Source: an uncultured virus (IMG/VR IMGVR_UViG_2724679368_000003)
Taxonomy: Duplodnaviria; Heunggongvirae; Uroviricota; Caudoviricetes
Strand: one strand, 5' to 3'
IMG/VR virus record: IMGVR_UViG_2724679368_000003
Length of the DNA: 20,000 bases
Shown here: piece after piece, positions 1 to 7,866 of the stretch
How the letters are laid out: each line of letters opens with the position of its first letter
Numbering within the stretch: the first letter of the stretch is position 1
Notes under the pieces: model-generated
Told to the model about the DNA's origin: nothing
Databases searched by the model: none
What the model saw: only the letters and a program-made list of their open reading frames with translations
Program-made: the position numbers and the translations under genes

Positions 1-684
1 GGGTAAAATAATCACCTCACCGCGCAAATCAACATCCACCTGACGTGCAGCGGCGACAATATAGTTTTTAAACTGGTGCGCCTGCGCTTTGGAGGCCGAA
101 ACAAACATTTGGTTGCGGCCGGTGTCGAGCGCATCAAGCAAGGCTTCCCAAGAGAAAAAGTAGGTTGCACCGACTTGGCGCGATTTCAAAAAGTTACGAA
201 TGCGGAAATCAGGTGATAAACCAGCTTCATACCAGTTACGCTGATAGTCGAACATGGATTCATTGAAAATATCTTTCAGTTTGGCAACCTGCGCCTCACT
301 GAATACATTTTTCTGTGCGGCCTTGCGTGTTCCGCTGTTGCGCTTCTCAATATTGGGGTTGAGATCAGCCTCATTACCGCCATCATTGTATTTACCAATG
401 CGAGCGTGACGCTCGGCTTGTCGGCCCAGCAAATCAATCTCTTTGTAGTCTTTGGCCTCCTTGACAGGTTTCATGATCAGGCGGCAATATTCCGCTGCCG
501 TGGTCAGTTGCATCTGATCCAATGGCCCGTAAGCGTCCCACTTGTCGCGGCGCTTCCAACTGTGTACCGTGACGGCTTTCTCGCCGATCATTTCCGCAAT
601 TCGGGCAATACGCAGCCCTTGCCAGTACAGATACATGGCTTGACGGCGGGGATCTAAATCGGCATTGATAAGTACGCTTTCCAT
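1..684 (-). CDS. P: Terminase ATPase subunit (P2 gpP), 5' part; runs off the window start
   Basis: Manual translation from ATG at 684: MESVLINADLDPRRQAMYLYWQGLRIARIAEMIGEK...VHSWKRRDKW...FLKSRQVGATYFFSWEALLDA...SASKAQAHQF. N-terminal HTH-like region plus terminase Walker A (KSRQxG). Divergent from gpO as in P2. Absent from the ORF track because there is no stop in the window. Confidence 0.95.
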   Translation of the reverse strand, partial: MESVLINADLDPRRQAMYLYWQGLRIARIAEMIGEKAVTVHSWKRRDKWDAYGPLDQMQLTTAAEYCRLIMKPVKEAKDYKEIDLLGRQAERHARIGKYNDGGNEADLNPNIEKRNSGTRKAAQKNVFSEAQVAKLKDIFNESMFDYQRNWYEAGLSPDFRIRNFLKSRQVGATYFFSWEALLDALDTGRNQMFVSASKAQAHQFKNYIVAAARQVDVDLRGEVIILP

Positions 685-757
685 GTGAAATAGCCTGTTT
701 TATTGCTTAATTGCAACAAGGCTACCTATCCGCACCGCCTCCATCCCGCATTACACC

Positions 758-777
758 TTGTGCCAGCCATGGCACAA
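758..777. promoter_or_regulatory. Ogr-type activator site shared by the divergent late promoters pP/pO
   Basis: TTGTGCCA-GCCA-TGGCACAA is a perfect inverted repeat containing TGT-N12-ACA (759-776). -10-like hexamers lie at the same 52-nt offset on each strand: CAACAT at 811-816 (+) and TAGCCT at 724-719 (-). Confidence 0.85.
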
Positions 778-852
778 CAGCGCCTGATTGTTCCGTTTGC
801 CGCCGGTCGCCAACATAGGTCACTACTATCGAATCAAACCGGAATCAATCAC

Positions 853-1665
853 ATGCCAATATCCAAGTTTTTCCGTGCCGTGGTGGAGGGTGCCACCAGT
901 GATGGCCGCCATGTCCCCCGCGCCCATATCATTGAAATGGCCGAAAGCTACAACCCGGCATTTCGTGGCTCGCGCGCCAATCTGGAACACATCAAGAGTG
1001 TTTTGCCCGATAGCCTGTTTCGCGCCTATGGCGATATCGCGGCAGTTAAATATGAAGAAATCAGTGACGGGCCACTGAAAGGCAAATTAGCGCTGCTTGT
1101 CCAGGTCGATGCCACTGACGACTTGGTGAAACTGCGTCAGGCGCGGCAAAAGGTCTACTCCAGCATTGAATATATTGAGAAATTTGCGGATACCGGCAAG
1201 GCCTATCTGACCGGCATTGGTTTTACTGACACTCCTGCCTCATTAGGTGCTGAAATGCTGACATTCTGCGCGCAAAGCGAACATAGCCCGCTGGCATCGC
1301 GCAAAAGTCAGTCTGACGCCATTTTTACCGAAACCACCGAAATCAATCTGGAATTTGAAGCCGAGCAGGAAGTTAAAACCAACCTGCTGACCACCATCAA
1401 GACCATGTTTACCAAAAAGCAAACCGGTGATGACGCACGTTTTAGCGATGTGCATCAGGCGGTTGAATTGGTCGCGCAACAAGTTGAGGGGAAATTTAGC
1501 GCCATTACCGCATTGGAACAGCAGTTTTCTGAGCTAAAAACCGCCAATGATGCGACCAAGCAAGAGCTTGATGAGCTGAAAACCATGCTCAGTAAAACAG
1601 ACCGCAGCTTCTCCCAGCGCGAGCGCTCAACAGGCAATGACGGTGCCATTTTGACGGATTGCTAA
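853..1665 (+). CDS. O: Capsid scaffolding protein/protease (gpO)
   Basis: MPISKFFRAVVEGATSDGR...NLEH...YSSIE...YLTGIGFTDTPASLG matches gpO motifs. True start is ATG 853, not the ORF-track start at 703, which lies within the promoter region. Confidence 0.93.
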   Translation: MPISKFFRAVVEGATSDGRHVPRAHIIEMAESYNPAFRGSRANLEHIKSVLPDSLFRAYGDIAAVKYEEISDGPLKGKLALLVQVDATDDLVKLRQARQKVYSSIEYIEKFADTGKAYLTGIGFTDTPASLGAEMLTFCAQSEHSPLASRKSQSDAIFTETTEINLEFEAEQEVKTNLLTTIKTMFTKKQTGDDARFSDVHQAVELVAQQVEGKFSAITALEQQFSELKTANDATKQELDELKTMLSKTDRSFSQRERSTGNDGAILTDC

Positions 1666-1701
1666 TTTATTACGCTTGCTACGTTAAGGATTTAATTTCA
1701 C

Positions 1702-2757
1702 ATGAAAAAAACCACCCGATTTAAGTACAACCAGTTTTTGCAGCAAGTCGCCAAACTGAACAATTTGGACAATAAAGAGGATATCAGCGCGAAATTTACC
1801 GTTGAGCCGTCCATTGCGCAAAAACTGGAAACTAAACAACAGGAAAGCAGCGTTTTTCTGTCAAAAATCAACATTTATCCAGTAGATGAAAAAGAGGGTG
1901 AAAAAGTGGGTTTGGGTATTGAGCGCCCTATCGCCAGTACCACTGATACCTCGAAGCAAGAGCGTGAAGCCTCTGATCCCAGTGGCTTAGACGGTACGAG
2001 CTACAATTGCACCCAAACCAACTTTGACACGGCGCTGCCTTACCCGAAATTAGACATGTGGTCTAAATTCCCTGATTTTCAAACCCGTATCCGTGATGCC
2101 ATTGTTAAACGCCAGGCACTCGATCGCATCATGATTGGTTTCAACGGTACTCACCGCGCAAAAACCTCCGATCATACCGTTAATAAGCTACTGGAAGATG
2201 TAAACCGTGGCTGGCTGCAAGGCATTCGTGAAGATGCTCCCGGTCAGGTGATGGATAAAGTGGTTGATGAGCAAGGCAGTGTCATTTCGCCAAAAATCCG
2301 CATCGGCAAGGGTGGCGACTTCCATAATCTTGACGCGCTGGTGATGGCGGCAACAGATGAGCTGATTCAGCCGTGGTACCAGGACGATACCGAACTGGTG
2401 GTGATTGTTGGTCGTCAGTTGTTGGCAGATAAATACTTCCCGATCGTCAATCAGGAACAGCCGAACAGCGAAGCGCTGGCCGCTGATTTAATTATCAGCC
2501 AAAAACGTATTGGCGGCTTGCCCGCAGTGCGCGCGCCCTCTTTCCCGGCTAATGCCATCTTGATCACCCGGTTGGATAACCTGTCCATTTATTGGCAAGA
2601 CGGCACCCGCCGCCGCCACATTATCGACAATCCAAAACGCGATCGCATTGAAAACTATGAGTCAGTCAATGAAGCCTATGTGGTTGAAGATTTTGACGGC
2701 GTGGCGCTGATTGAAAACATTGAATTCGGTGATTTCTCCGCGCCAAAAGAGGGTTAA
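1702..2757 (+). CDS. N: Major capsid protein (gpN)
   Basis: KFTVEPSIAQKLE...LDRIMIGFNG...NLSIYWQ...NEAYVVED; SD AAGGA upstream; 351 aa. Confidence 0.96.
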   Translation: MKKTTRFKYNQFLQQVAKLNNLDNKEDISAKFTVEPSIAQKLETKQQESSVFLSKINIYPVDEKEGEKVGLGIERPIASTTDTSKQEREASDPSGLDGTSYNCTQTNFDTALPYPKLDMWSKFPDFQTRIRDAIVKRQALDRIMIGFNGTHRAKTSDHTVNKLLEDVNRGWLQGIREDAPGQVMDKVVDEQGSVISPKIRIGKGGDFHNLDALVMAATDELIQPWYQDDTELVVIVGRQLLADKYFPIVNQEQPNSEALAADLIISQKRIGGLPAVRAPSFPANAILITRLDNLSIYWQDGTRRRHIIDNPKRDRIENYESVNEAYVVEDFDGVALIENIEFGDFSAPKEG

Positions 2758-2762
2758 TTCCT

Positions 2763-3416
2763 ATGACTAACCCCGTTCGCCGCCACCGGCTATTCGTGGC
2801 GGCCCAGCAATCGGGTTCACTGAGCGAGGCGGCCAATCTAAGCCACGCCAGCAACTACGAGCTGTTGTTGTTCAAGCTGCAACAGGATATGGCCCAATTA
2901 GGCCGCATTGAGTCGATTGCCCGTAAAGCCGAGGTTAAACAAGGCATGTTGCCCACATATCTTCCGTGGGTGGCGGGTGTGCTGGCGAAAGATAGCGGCG
3001 AACAGGACGACATTCTGATGCGTATGTTGATTTGGCATCTGGATGTCGGCGATATCACCCGCGCTCTGGATATCGCGGAGTACGCCATTAAGCATGATTT
3101 GGTGACGCCGGACAGCTTTAAGCGCACCACCGCGTGCCTGATTACCGAGGAAGTCGCCGCCATTGCACAGCGTACATTGACCGACCAAAAGCCGCTGGAT
3201 ACTCAGCAGCTATTACGCGCCCAGCAAATTTTAACCGGTCAGGATATGCCGGATATGGTTTGCGCCCGGCTGCATAAGTTTGTCGGTTATGCCCTGCGTC
3301 AGGACGGCGACAGCGTTCTCGCACTGGCAAACCTGAAAACGGCGCTGCAACTGGATGATAACAGCGGTGTGAAAACCGATATCAAGAATCTTGAGAAGCT
3401 GATTAAAGCCACTTAA
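2763..3416 (+). CDS. M: Terminase endonuclease/small subunit (gpM)
   Basis: YLPWVAGVL...QDDILMRMLIWHLDVGD...ARLHKFVG...GVKTDI; position after N. Confidence 0.92.
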   Translation: MTNPVRRHRLFVAAQQSGSLSEAANLSHASNYELLLFKLQQDMAQLGRIESIARKAEVKQGMLPTYLPWVAGVLAKDSGEQDDILMRMLIWHLDVGDITRALDIAEYAIKHDLVTPDSFKRTTACLITEEVAAIAQRTLTDQKPLDTQQLLRAQQILTGQDMPDMVCARLHKFVGYALRQDGDSVLALANLKTALQLDDNSGVKTDIKNLEKLIKAT

Positions 3417-3425
3417 GAAAAATTC

Positions 3426-3549
3426 GATTAGGCGTAATTGTTGCAGGCAGTTTGGACGCGGACAGCGCGGAGCAACCGGAGCGTACACGTAGTACGTGAT
3501 GGGTGCGAGCACTGCCCAAACCCAAAATGGCAAATAAAATAGCCTAATC
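3426..3549. repeat. ~124-bp MITE-like / ERIC-related enterobacterial intergenic element
   Basis: Terminal inverted repeat GATTAGGC (3426-3433) / GCCTAATC (3542-3549). Internal palindromes CACGTA-G-TACGTG (3486-3498) and GGCAGT/ACTGCC. Core GGAGCGTACACGTAGTACGTGA resembles the ERIC core GGAGCTTACATAAGTAAGTGA. Confidence 0.65.
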
Positions 3550-3649
3550 ACCCAAACGCCCCGGCGAGGGCGGCACGCGAGCTAAGTCAGGATATTTTTT
3601 ACCCCGGCAAAGCCAGCGTCCACCGCCCGTTTATTTTGCGAGTGTCAGC

Positions 3650-4141
3650 ATGGAAATCGTCATCAATACCAATCAGACAGCAGGGGCACCAGAACCGCAG
3701 GAGCCAACGGAAAAAGCCGTTATAAAAAATGATGGTTTCTGGCCGGATATCGACCTGAATCAGTACCGCGAAGAGTCACGGCAGGACGGCACCATCACCC
3801 AGCCGCGCGTTATTGAGGCGGCGCTGTTTGCCATCAATGAAACCAATGATCGGTTATCTGTCTGGCGCTTAACCCAGCAAAAACAAGGTTACATGACGGC
3901 GGCTGAGGTGCCAGCGGAAAAACTGAATGAGGAAAGTACCCGTATTCAGTTGTACCGCACGGCGGTGTTTTGCCTGATGCAAGCCCGTTTAACTGATCGT
4001 TTTCGTGGCTTTGATACCACCGCTACCGGCGGGAAGCGGGCCGATTCACTGGAACCCACTATTGATAATTTGCGCCGTGATGCTGCCTGGGCAATTAACG
4101 ATATTCAGGCCATCAACCGCATGACAGTGGAATTGATTTAA
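3650..4141 (+). CDS. L: Head completion/stabilization protein (gpL)
   Basis: IKNDGFWPDIDL..YR...YRTAVFC...RGFDTT..G...LRRDAAWAI...VELI. Confidence 0.92.
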   Translation: MEIVINTNQTAGAPEPQEPTEKAVIKNDGFWPDIDLNQYREESRQDGTITQPRVIEAALFAINETNDRLSVWRLTQQKQGYMTAAEVPAEKLNEESTRIQLYRTAVFCLMQARLTDRFRGFDTTATGGKRADSLEPTIDNLRRDAAWAINDIQAINRMTVELI

Positions 4142-4344
4142 TGCGCATTCTGGCCCAGCAGTACGACACCCTTGATGCCATGTGTTGGCGCTACTACGGC
4201 CGCACTGAGGGCGTGACTGAAAAAGTGCTGGCAGCTAATCCGGGGTTAGCGGATATCGGGCCAGTGTTACCGCACGGTTTTCCGGTGGAAATGCCGGAAG
4301 TCAGAGCCGCCACAACGACGCAAACCCTGCAACTTTGGGACTAA
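4141..4344 (+). CDS. X: Tail protein X (LysM-like)
   Basis: AQQYDTLDAMCWRYYGRTEGVTEKVLAANPGLA...LQLWD; TAATG overlap with L. Confidence 0.95.
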   Translation: MRILAQQYDTLDAMCWRYYGRTEGVTEKVLAANPGLADIGPVLPHGFPVEMPEVRAATTTQTLQLWD

Positions 4345-4351
4345 TTGCACA

Positions 4352-4383
4352 ATTCCCCACAGGGGGTAACGGACATGAAAATG
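4352..4383 (+). promoter_or_regulatory. Lambda-like sdi hairpin/SD with Met-Lys-Met dual start
   Basis: TTCCCC-ACA-GGGGG hairpin sequesters the SD and is followed by TAACGGAC-ATG-AAA-ATG, the same architecture as the lambda S translation initiation region. Confidence 0.75.
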
Positions 4384-4761
4384 CCAGAAAAAGATCCAAG
4401 TTGGGTGGGGGTGGTACTGGCCTTTTATTCTACCCATTCAACCGTGATAAACGGCTTTCTCGTCGCCTTTATTGTGGCGTTTCGCCGCGTAGTGTGGGGC
4501 GGCGGTAAGTTGCGTGAGGGCATTGGCGAGGGGGTGGTGTGTGGGCTGGTCGGCGTCAATATCGGCCCGGTAATTTCCCCGATGCTAATCCACCTGATTG
4601 ATGCCACTCCCTGGCTAAATGGCGCGTTAACCGAAGTTGCCGCCGGGAAAGTGGAGATATTTGTCAGTTGTCTTATCGGGCTGATCGGCTTGCAGACCAT
4701 CCGCGAGCTGGTATTTAAAATTGTTAACAAAAAGACGGGAACCACTGATGCCAAGCAATAA
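4375..4761 (+). CDS. Holin, lambda S-like (class I), with dual start (antiholin from 4375, holin from 4381)
   Basis: MKMPEK N-terminus identical to lambda S107; three hydrophobic segments; basic C-terminus (KIVNKKTG). Confidence 0.88.
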   Translation: MKMPEKDPSWVGVVLAFYSTHSTVINGFLVAFIVAFRRVVWGGGKLREGIGEGVVCGLVGVNIGPVISPMLIHLIDATPWLNGALTEVAAGKVEIFVSCLIGLIGLQTIRELVFKIVNKKTGTTDAKQ

Positions 4762-5143
4762 ATTTATTTTCGGCAAAACCAGCGAAACCAATCTGATCGG
4801 CGTGCATCCTGATTTGGTGAAAGTGGTGCGCCGCGCGCTGGAATTGACCCCGATTGATTTTAAAGTGATCGAGGGCCGCCGCACAATCGAGCGCCAACGT
4901 GAGCTGGTCAAAGCTGGAGCCAGCCAAACCCTGAACAGCCGCCATTTAACCGGTCATGCGGTCGATATTGTGCCGCTGCCGGACGGCAAGGTCAGCTGGG
5001 AATGGAAATATTTCTATCCAATGGCTGACGCGATGAAACAGGCCGCCGCCGAGTTGGGGATCGCCGTGGAGTGGGGCGGTAACTGGACAACCTTTAAAGA
5101 CGGCCCGCATTTTCAATTGCCCGCCCGTCAATATCCGGGCTGA
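4748..5143 (+). CDS. Endolysin, M15-family (L-Ala-D-Glu) Zn peptidase
   Basis: GVHPDL...EGRRT..RQ..L...SRHLTGHAVD...WGGNW...DGPHFQL (SxHxxGxAxD and late His Zn ligands); ATG at 4748 overlaps the holin end. Confidence 0.9.
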   Translation: MPSNKFIFGKTSETNLIGVHPDLVKVVRRALELTPIDFKVIEGRRTIERQRELVKAGASQTLNSRHLTGHAVDIVPLPDGKVSWEWKYFYPMADAMKQAAAELGIAVEWGGNWTTFKDGPHFQLPARQYPG

Positions 5144-5147
5144 CACC

Positions 5148-5573
5148 ATGCCAATCTTCAACACCGCTCCGCTCGCATGGGCGATTGCCGCCGCCTTACT
5201 GCTTGCCGGTGGCGTGCAAACCTACCGCTTGTCTGAGGCTCGGCAAGTAGTGATTGACCAGCAAGCGGCCGAGACAGTCAGTAAAAACGGCCAACTTATT
5301 GCCCTGGCACTGACCGCCAACGCCAACAATCAGGCACAGGCGCAATTACGCCAGCAGGTTGCCAGTACCGATCAGTTGTTGGCGCAGCGCAATAGCCAAA
5401 TCAAGAGGTTATACCGTGAAAATGAAATCTTACGCCGCTGGGCTGATACTCCCTTGCCTGATGATATTATCCGGCTGCGCCAGCGACCTGCCTTTACCGG
5501 GGCCGCAGATTACCGTCAATGGCTGTCCGCGAGTCACGCCTTGCCAATTCCCGGCAGCGGAACCGCAAACTAA
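5148..5573 (+). CDS. lysB: Inner-membrane spanin, LysB/Rz-like
   Basis: N-terminal TM, Q/A-rich coiled coil, ENEILRRWADTPLPDDIIRL motif. Confidence 0.88.
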   Translation: MPIFNTAPLAWAIAAALLLAGGVQTYRLSEARQVVIDQQAAETVSKNGQLIALALTANANNQAQAQLRQQVASTDQLLAQRNSQIKRLYRENEILRRWADTPLPDDIIRLRQRPAFTGAADYRQWLSASHALPIPGSGTAN

Positions 5574-5685
5574 CAGTGACTTAAACGACGATATCGACCA
5601 GTTGGAAGCGGCTTTACACGCTTGCGCGGCGCAGGTAGATACGGTGCTGGCTTGCCAGCAAGGGGCGGCCAATGTTAAAGCCTGA
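5416..5685 (+). CDS. lysC: Outer-membrane spanin lipoprotein, LysC/Rz1-like (start GTG 5416 or ATG 5422)
   Basis: Signal peptide with lipobox LSGC; CPRVTPCQFP...TNSDL...LEAALHACAAQVD..LACQ; overlaps lysB in another frame; GAGG SD at 5405-5408. Confidence 0.85.
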   Translation: MKMKSYAAGLILPCLMILSGCASDLPLPGPQITVNGCPRVTPCQFPAAEPQTNSDLNDDIDQLEAALHACAAQVDTVLACQQGAANVKA

Positions 5686-6139
5686 TTCGCTACGCACCGC
5701 CATTTTAAAGGCGGTGCCGTATATCAAGCAAAACCCGGACTGCTTGCATGTGTTTATTGATAAAGGGGCGATTATTGCCACGCTGGCCCCGTCACTCTCT
5801 TTTGAGTATCAGTACACCTTAAATCTGGTGGTGACTGATTACGCCAGTGATATGGATCTGGTCATTGTCCCGATTTTGCATTGGTTGCGCACTCATCAGC
5901 CCGATATTATGGCAAACCCCGACAAACGCCAGGACAGTTTTACTTTTGAAGTTGATTATCTGGATAATAAAGTGCGCGATATCAGCATTGATATCAAACT
6001 CACCGAACGGGTGATCGTGAAAGAACAAGATGGCAAATTAGACGTTAACCATCTTGGGGAGCCGGTGCCGCCGGAGCATTTTATCAACAGCTATAAGATT
6101 GATATTGAGGGTAAAACTGTTGCGGAGTGGACACAGTGA
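5672..6139 (+). CDS. R: Tail completion protein (gpR)
   Basis: MLKPDSLR...NPDCLHVFIDKG...SLSFEYQYTLNL...WLRTHQPD...LTERVIV. Confidence 0.93.
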   Translation: MLKPDSLRTAILKAVPYIKQNPDCLHVFIDKGAIIATLAPSLSFEYQYTLNLVVTDYASDMDLVIVPILHWLRTHQPDIMANPDKRQDSFTFEVDYLDNKVRDISIDIKLTERVIVKEQDGKLDVNHLGEPVPPEHFINSYKIDIEGKTVAEWTQ

Positions 6140-6582
6140 ATGACCTGCATGAGTTAGACCAAACCTTATCAATTTTACTGGCGCAATTATCCCCACAGGC
6201 GCGTGGTGCGTTTATGCATCAGGTATCCAAACAACTACGCCAGCGCCAGCAAAAGCACATCCAGGCACAACAAAACCCAGACGGCTCACCCTTTGTGCCA
6301 CGCAAGAAAAAACGCCGCGATAAGCAAGGCCGCATCAAACGCAAGATGTTTACCAAACTGCGCACCGCCCGCTTTATTAAAAGCGAGTCCAACGCCGATG
6401 AAGCCGCCGTTACATTCAGTGGCAAGGTCAATAATCTGGTGCGGGTACATCACTACGGCTTGCGCGATAAAGTCAGTCGCAACGGGCCAACGGTGAAATA
6501 TGAACGCCGCCAGTTGCTAGGCTTTACTGACGGCGATAGTGAATGGATTGGGGATCTGGCGTTGGAATACATCGCCAAATAG
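6136..6582 (+). CDS. S: Tail completion / virion morphogenesis protein (gpS)
   Basis: QQNPDGSPFVPRK...MFTKLR...RVHHYG...YERRQLLGF; likely GTG start at 6136 (GTGA overlap with the R stop, GGAG SD 8 nt upstream). Confidence 0.92.
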   Translation: MNDLHELDQTLSILLAQLSPQARGAFMHQVSKQLRQRQQKHIQAQQNPDGSPFVPRKKKRRDKQGRIKRKMFTKLRTARFIKSESNADEAAVTFSGKVNNLVRVHHYGLRDKVSRNGPTVKYERRQLLGFTDGDSEWIGDLALEYIAK

Positions 6583-6597
6583 TTATTCCTGTCTAAG

Positions 6598-6837
6598 TTA
6601 TTTATCTTTTCTTATTAAATGAAAAATCACTTTTGTCATTAGATATGAAAGAAAAAGAGCAAGAATAGCCATTTCATAATAGAGCGCTATCAGGATATTC
6701 GTATTAAGAAAGTTAAAATAACTTATCGCATTGCCAAACTGATCGCTTGACAATACCAACACCAGAACCTCTGGAATAAGAAAGGTCAAGATAACAAATA
6801 AAGTAAGAAAAGTCCCAAATTTAGCCAGTCGCATCAT
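6598..6837 (-). CDS. Hypothetical 79-aa membrane protein (2 predicted TM helices), accessory locus
   Basis: Two long hydrophobic segments, basic C-terminus (IRKDK), GGAG SD upstream, AT-rich. Confidence 0.7.
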   Translation of the reverse strand: MMRLAKFGTFLTLFVILTFLIPEVLVLVLSSDQFGNAISYFNFLNTNILIALYYEMAILALFLSYLMTKVIFHLIRKDK

Positions 6838-6916
6838 ACAACTCCATTGTAGTATTTAAAATCCATAATTATAACGTATAGTACACAATTATTGACAATC
6901 AATGGAGTGCTAGTTA

Positions 6917-7618
6917 ATGAATGCTTCTTTTTATTTAAAAGAAAAACTAAAGGCAGATAGAGAGTTATCGCTATCGTTAGAGCGCGGGATAAAAGGAGCT
7001 GTGAGTTCTGCCAAAGGAACGATCAGGAATGTATATAGTGGTGCTGAAAGAGCCAGTTGGTATACATCCTGTTTCTTTGAAAAATATGCGAGAGAATGTC
7101 AGGAAATAAAAGCTGAGGATGCAAGAATAATAAAAGCAATATCAGAGGTATACAGAAGATCTGATGTTATCTTTGACATGATAAAGCTTTATGTCGAATA
7201 TGTTCTTGATAGGTACACACCGCGTGAAAACATGCAGAATTCCGCTTATCAGTCAACCCATTTAGCTGCTAATCTCTCAGTTTCAATAACCACTAAAAAA
7301 GCCATGGCTTACTCTATAGCTAAAACAGTTGCGGAGTCATTCTCTGTATCCAATATTGTACGGGCAGAAATAAACAAAAAAGGTTTGTTTTTAATTAATG
7401 CCGCTGATTTATATGGGAAAGTTCAAAAATCCGCTATGGCGGCCAGAAAGCTGCAAGTGATTGACCCGGAATATTATAATTTATTACGAATCAATAATAT
7501 AGAAATGCTTTACGTATATATAGAACCAGTTGTTTCTAAAGCAATGGAGAAAATACGTTCCAACTCTAATTTAAGCTTTGATGAAATTGTGGATATACTT
7601 AACGGCATGGGAAGGTAA
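6917..7618 (+). CDS. Hypothetical 233-aa protein of unknown function, accessory locus
   Basis: Long AT-rich ORF with GGAG SD at 6904-6907; no catalytic motif recognised. Confidence 0.85.
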   Translation: MNASFYLKEKLKADRELSLSLERGIKGAVSSAKGTIRNVYSGAERASWYTSCFFEKYARECQEIKAEDARIIKAISEVYRRSDVIFDMIKLYVEYVLDRYTPRENMQNSAYQSTHLAANLSVSITTKKAMAYSIAKTVAESFSVSNIVRAEINKKGLFLINAADLYGKVQKSAMAARKLQVIDPEYYNLLRINNIEMLYVYIEPVVSKAMEKIRSNSNLSFDEIVDILNGMGR

Positions 7619-7791
7619 TGAAAAATATATTGTGTAACATATTATTTTCAACGATTCCATTTGTGGTTATTATCATATGTTCAATCTGTTATTTGATATT
7701 TTTTCCTGATCACTTTGGAAAACTCACATTAGCAACCATCGTGATAGTGTTCTTGGTGTCTTGCAAACTAATGCCGAATAAATACATTTGA
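7618..7791 (+). CDS. Hypothetical 57-aa membrane peptide (2 predicted TM helices), not in the ORF track
   Basis: TAATG stop/start overlap with the 233-aa ORF. MKNILCNILFSTIPFVVIIICSICYLIFFPDHFGKLTLATIVIVFLVSCKLMPNKYI*. GGAAGG SD-like sequence upstream. Confidence 0.75.
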   Translation: MKNILCNILFSTIPFVVIIICSICYLIFFPDHFGKLTLATIVIVFLVSCKLMPNKYI

Positions 7792-7866
7792 AATAACATC
7801 AATGAGGCGGCTGTTTTCAGTCACCCTATAACCATTCCTTTCTCTATGGTTGACCTTAATTCCCCT

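Noticed and set aside
406..657. 83-aa + strand ORF
   Set aside because: Antisense shadow of terminase gene P
703..852. N-terminal extension of gpO in the ORF track
   Set aside because: Spans the pP/pO promoter region; gpO homology begins at ATG 853
3231..3551. 106-aa minus-strand ORF with a hydrophobic start
   Set aside because: Reads through the MITE-like repeat and antisense to gpM; typical spurious repeat-derived ORF
7805..7855. Terminator after the 57-aa gene
   Set aside because: Only weak, imperfect stems (GGCGGCTG/CAGTCACC; AACCAT/ATGGTT) without a clear U-tract
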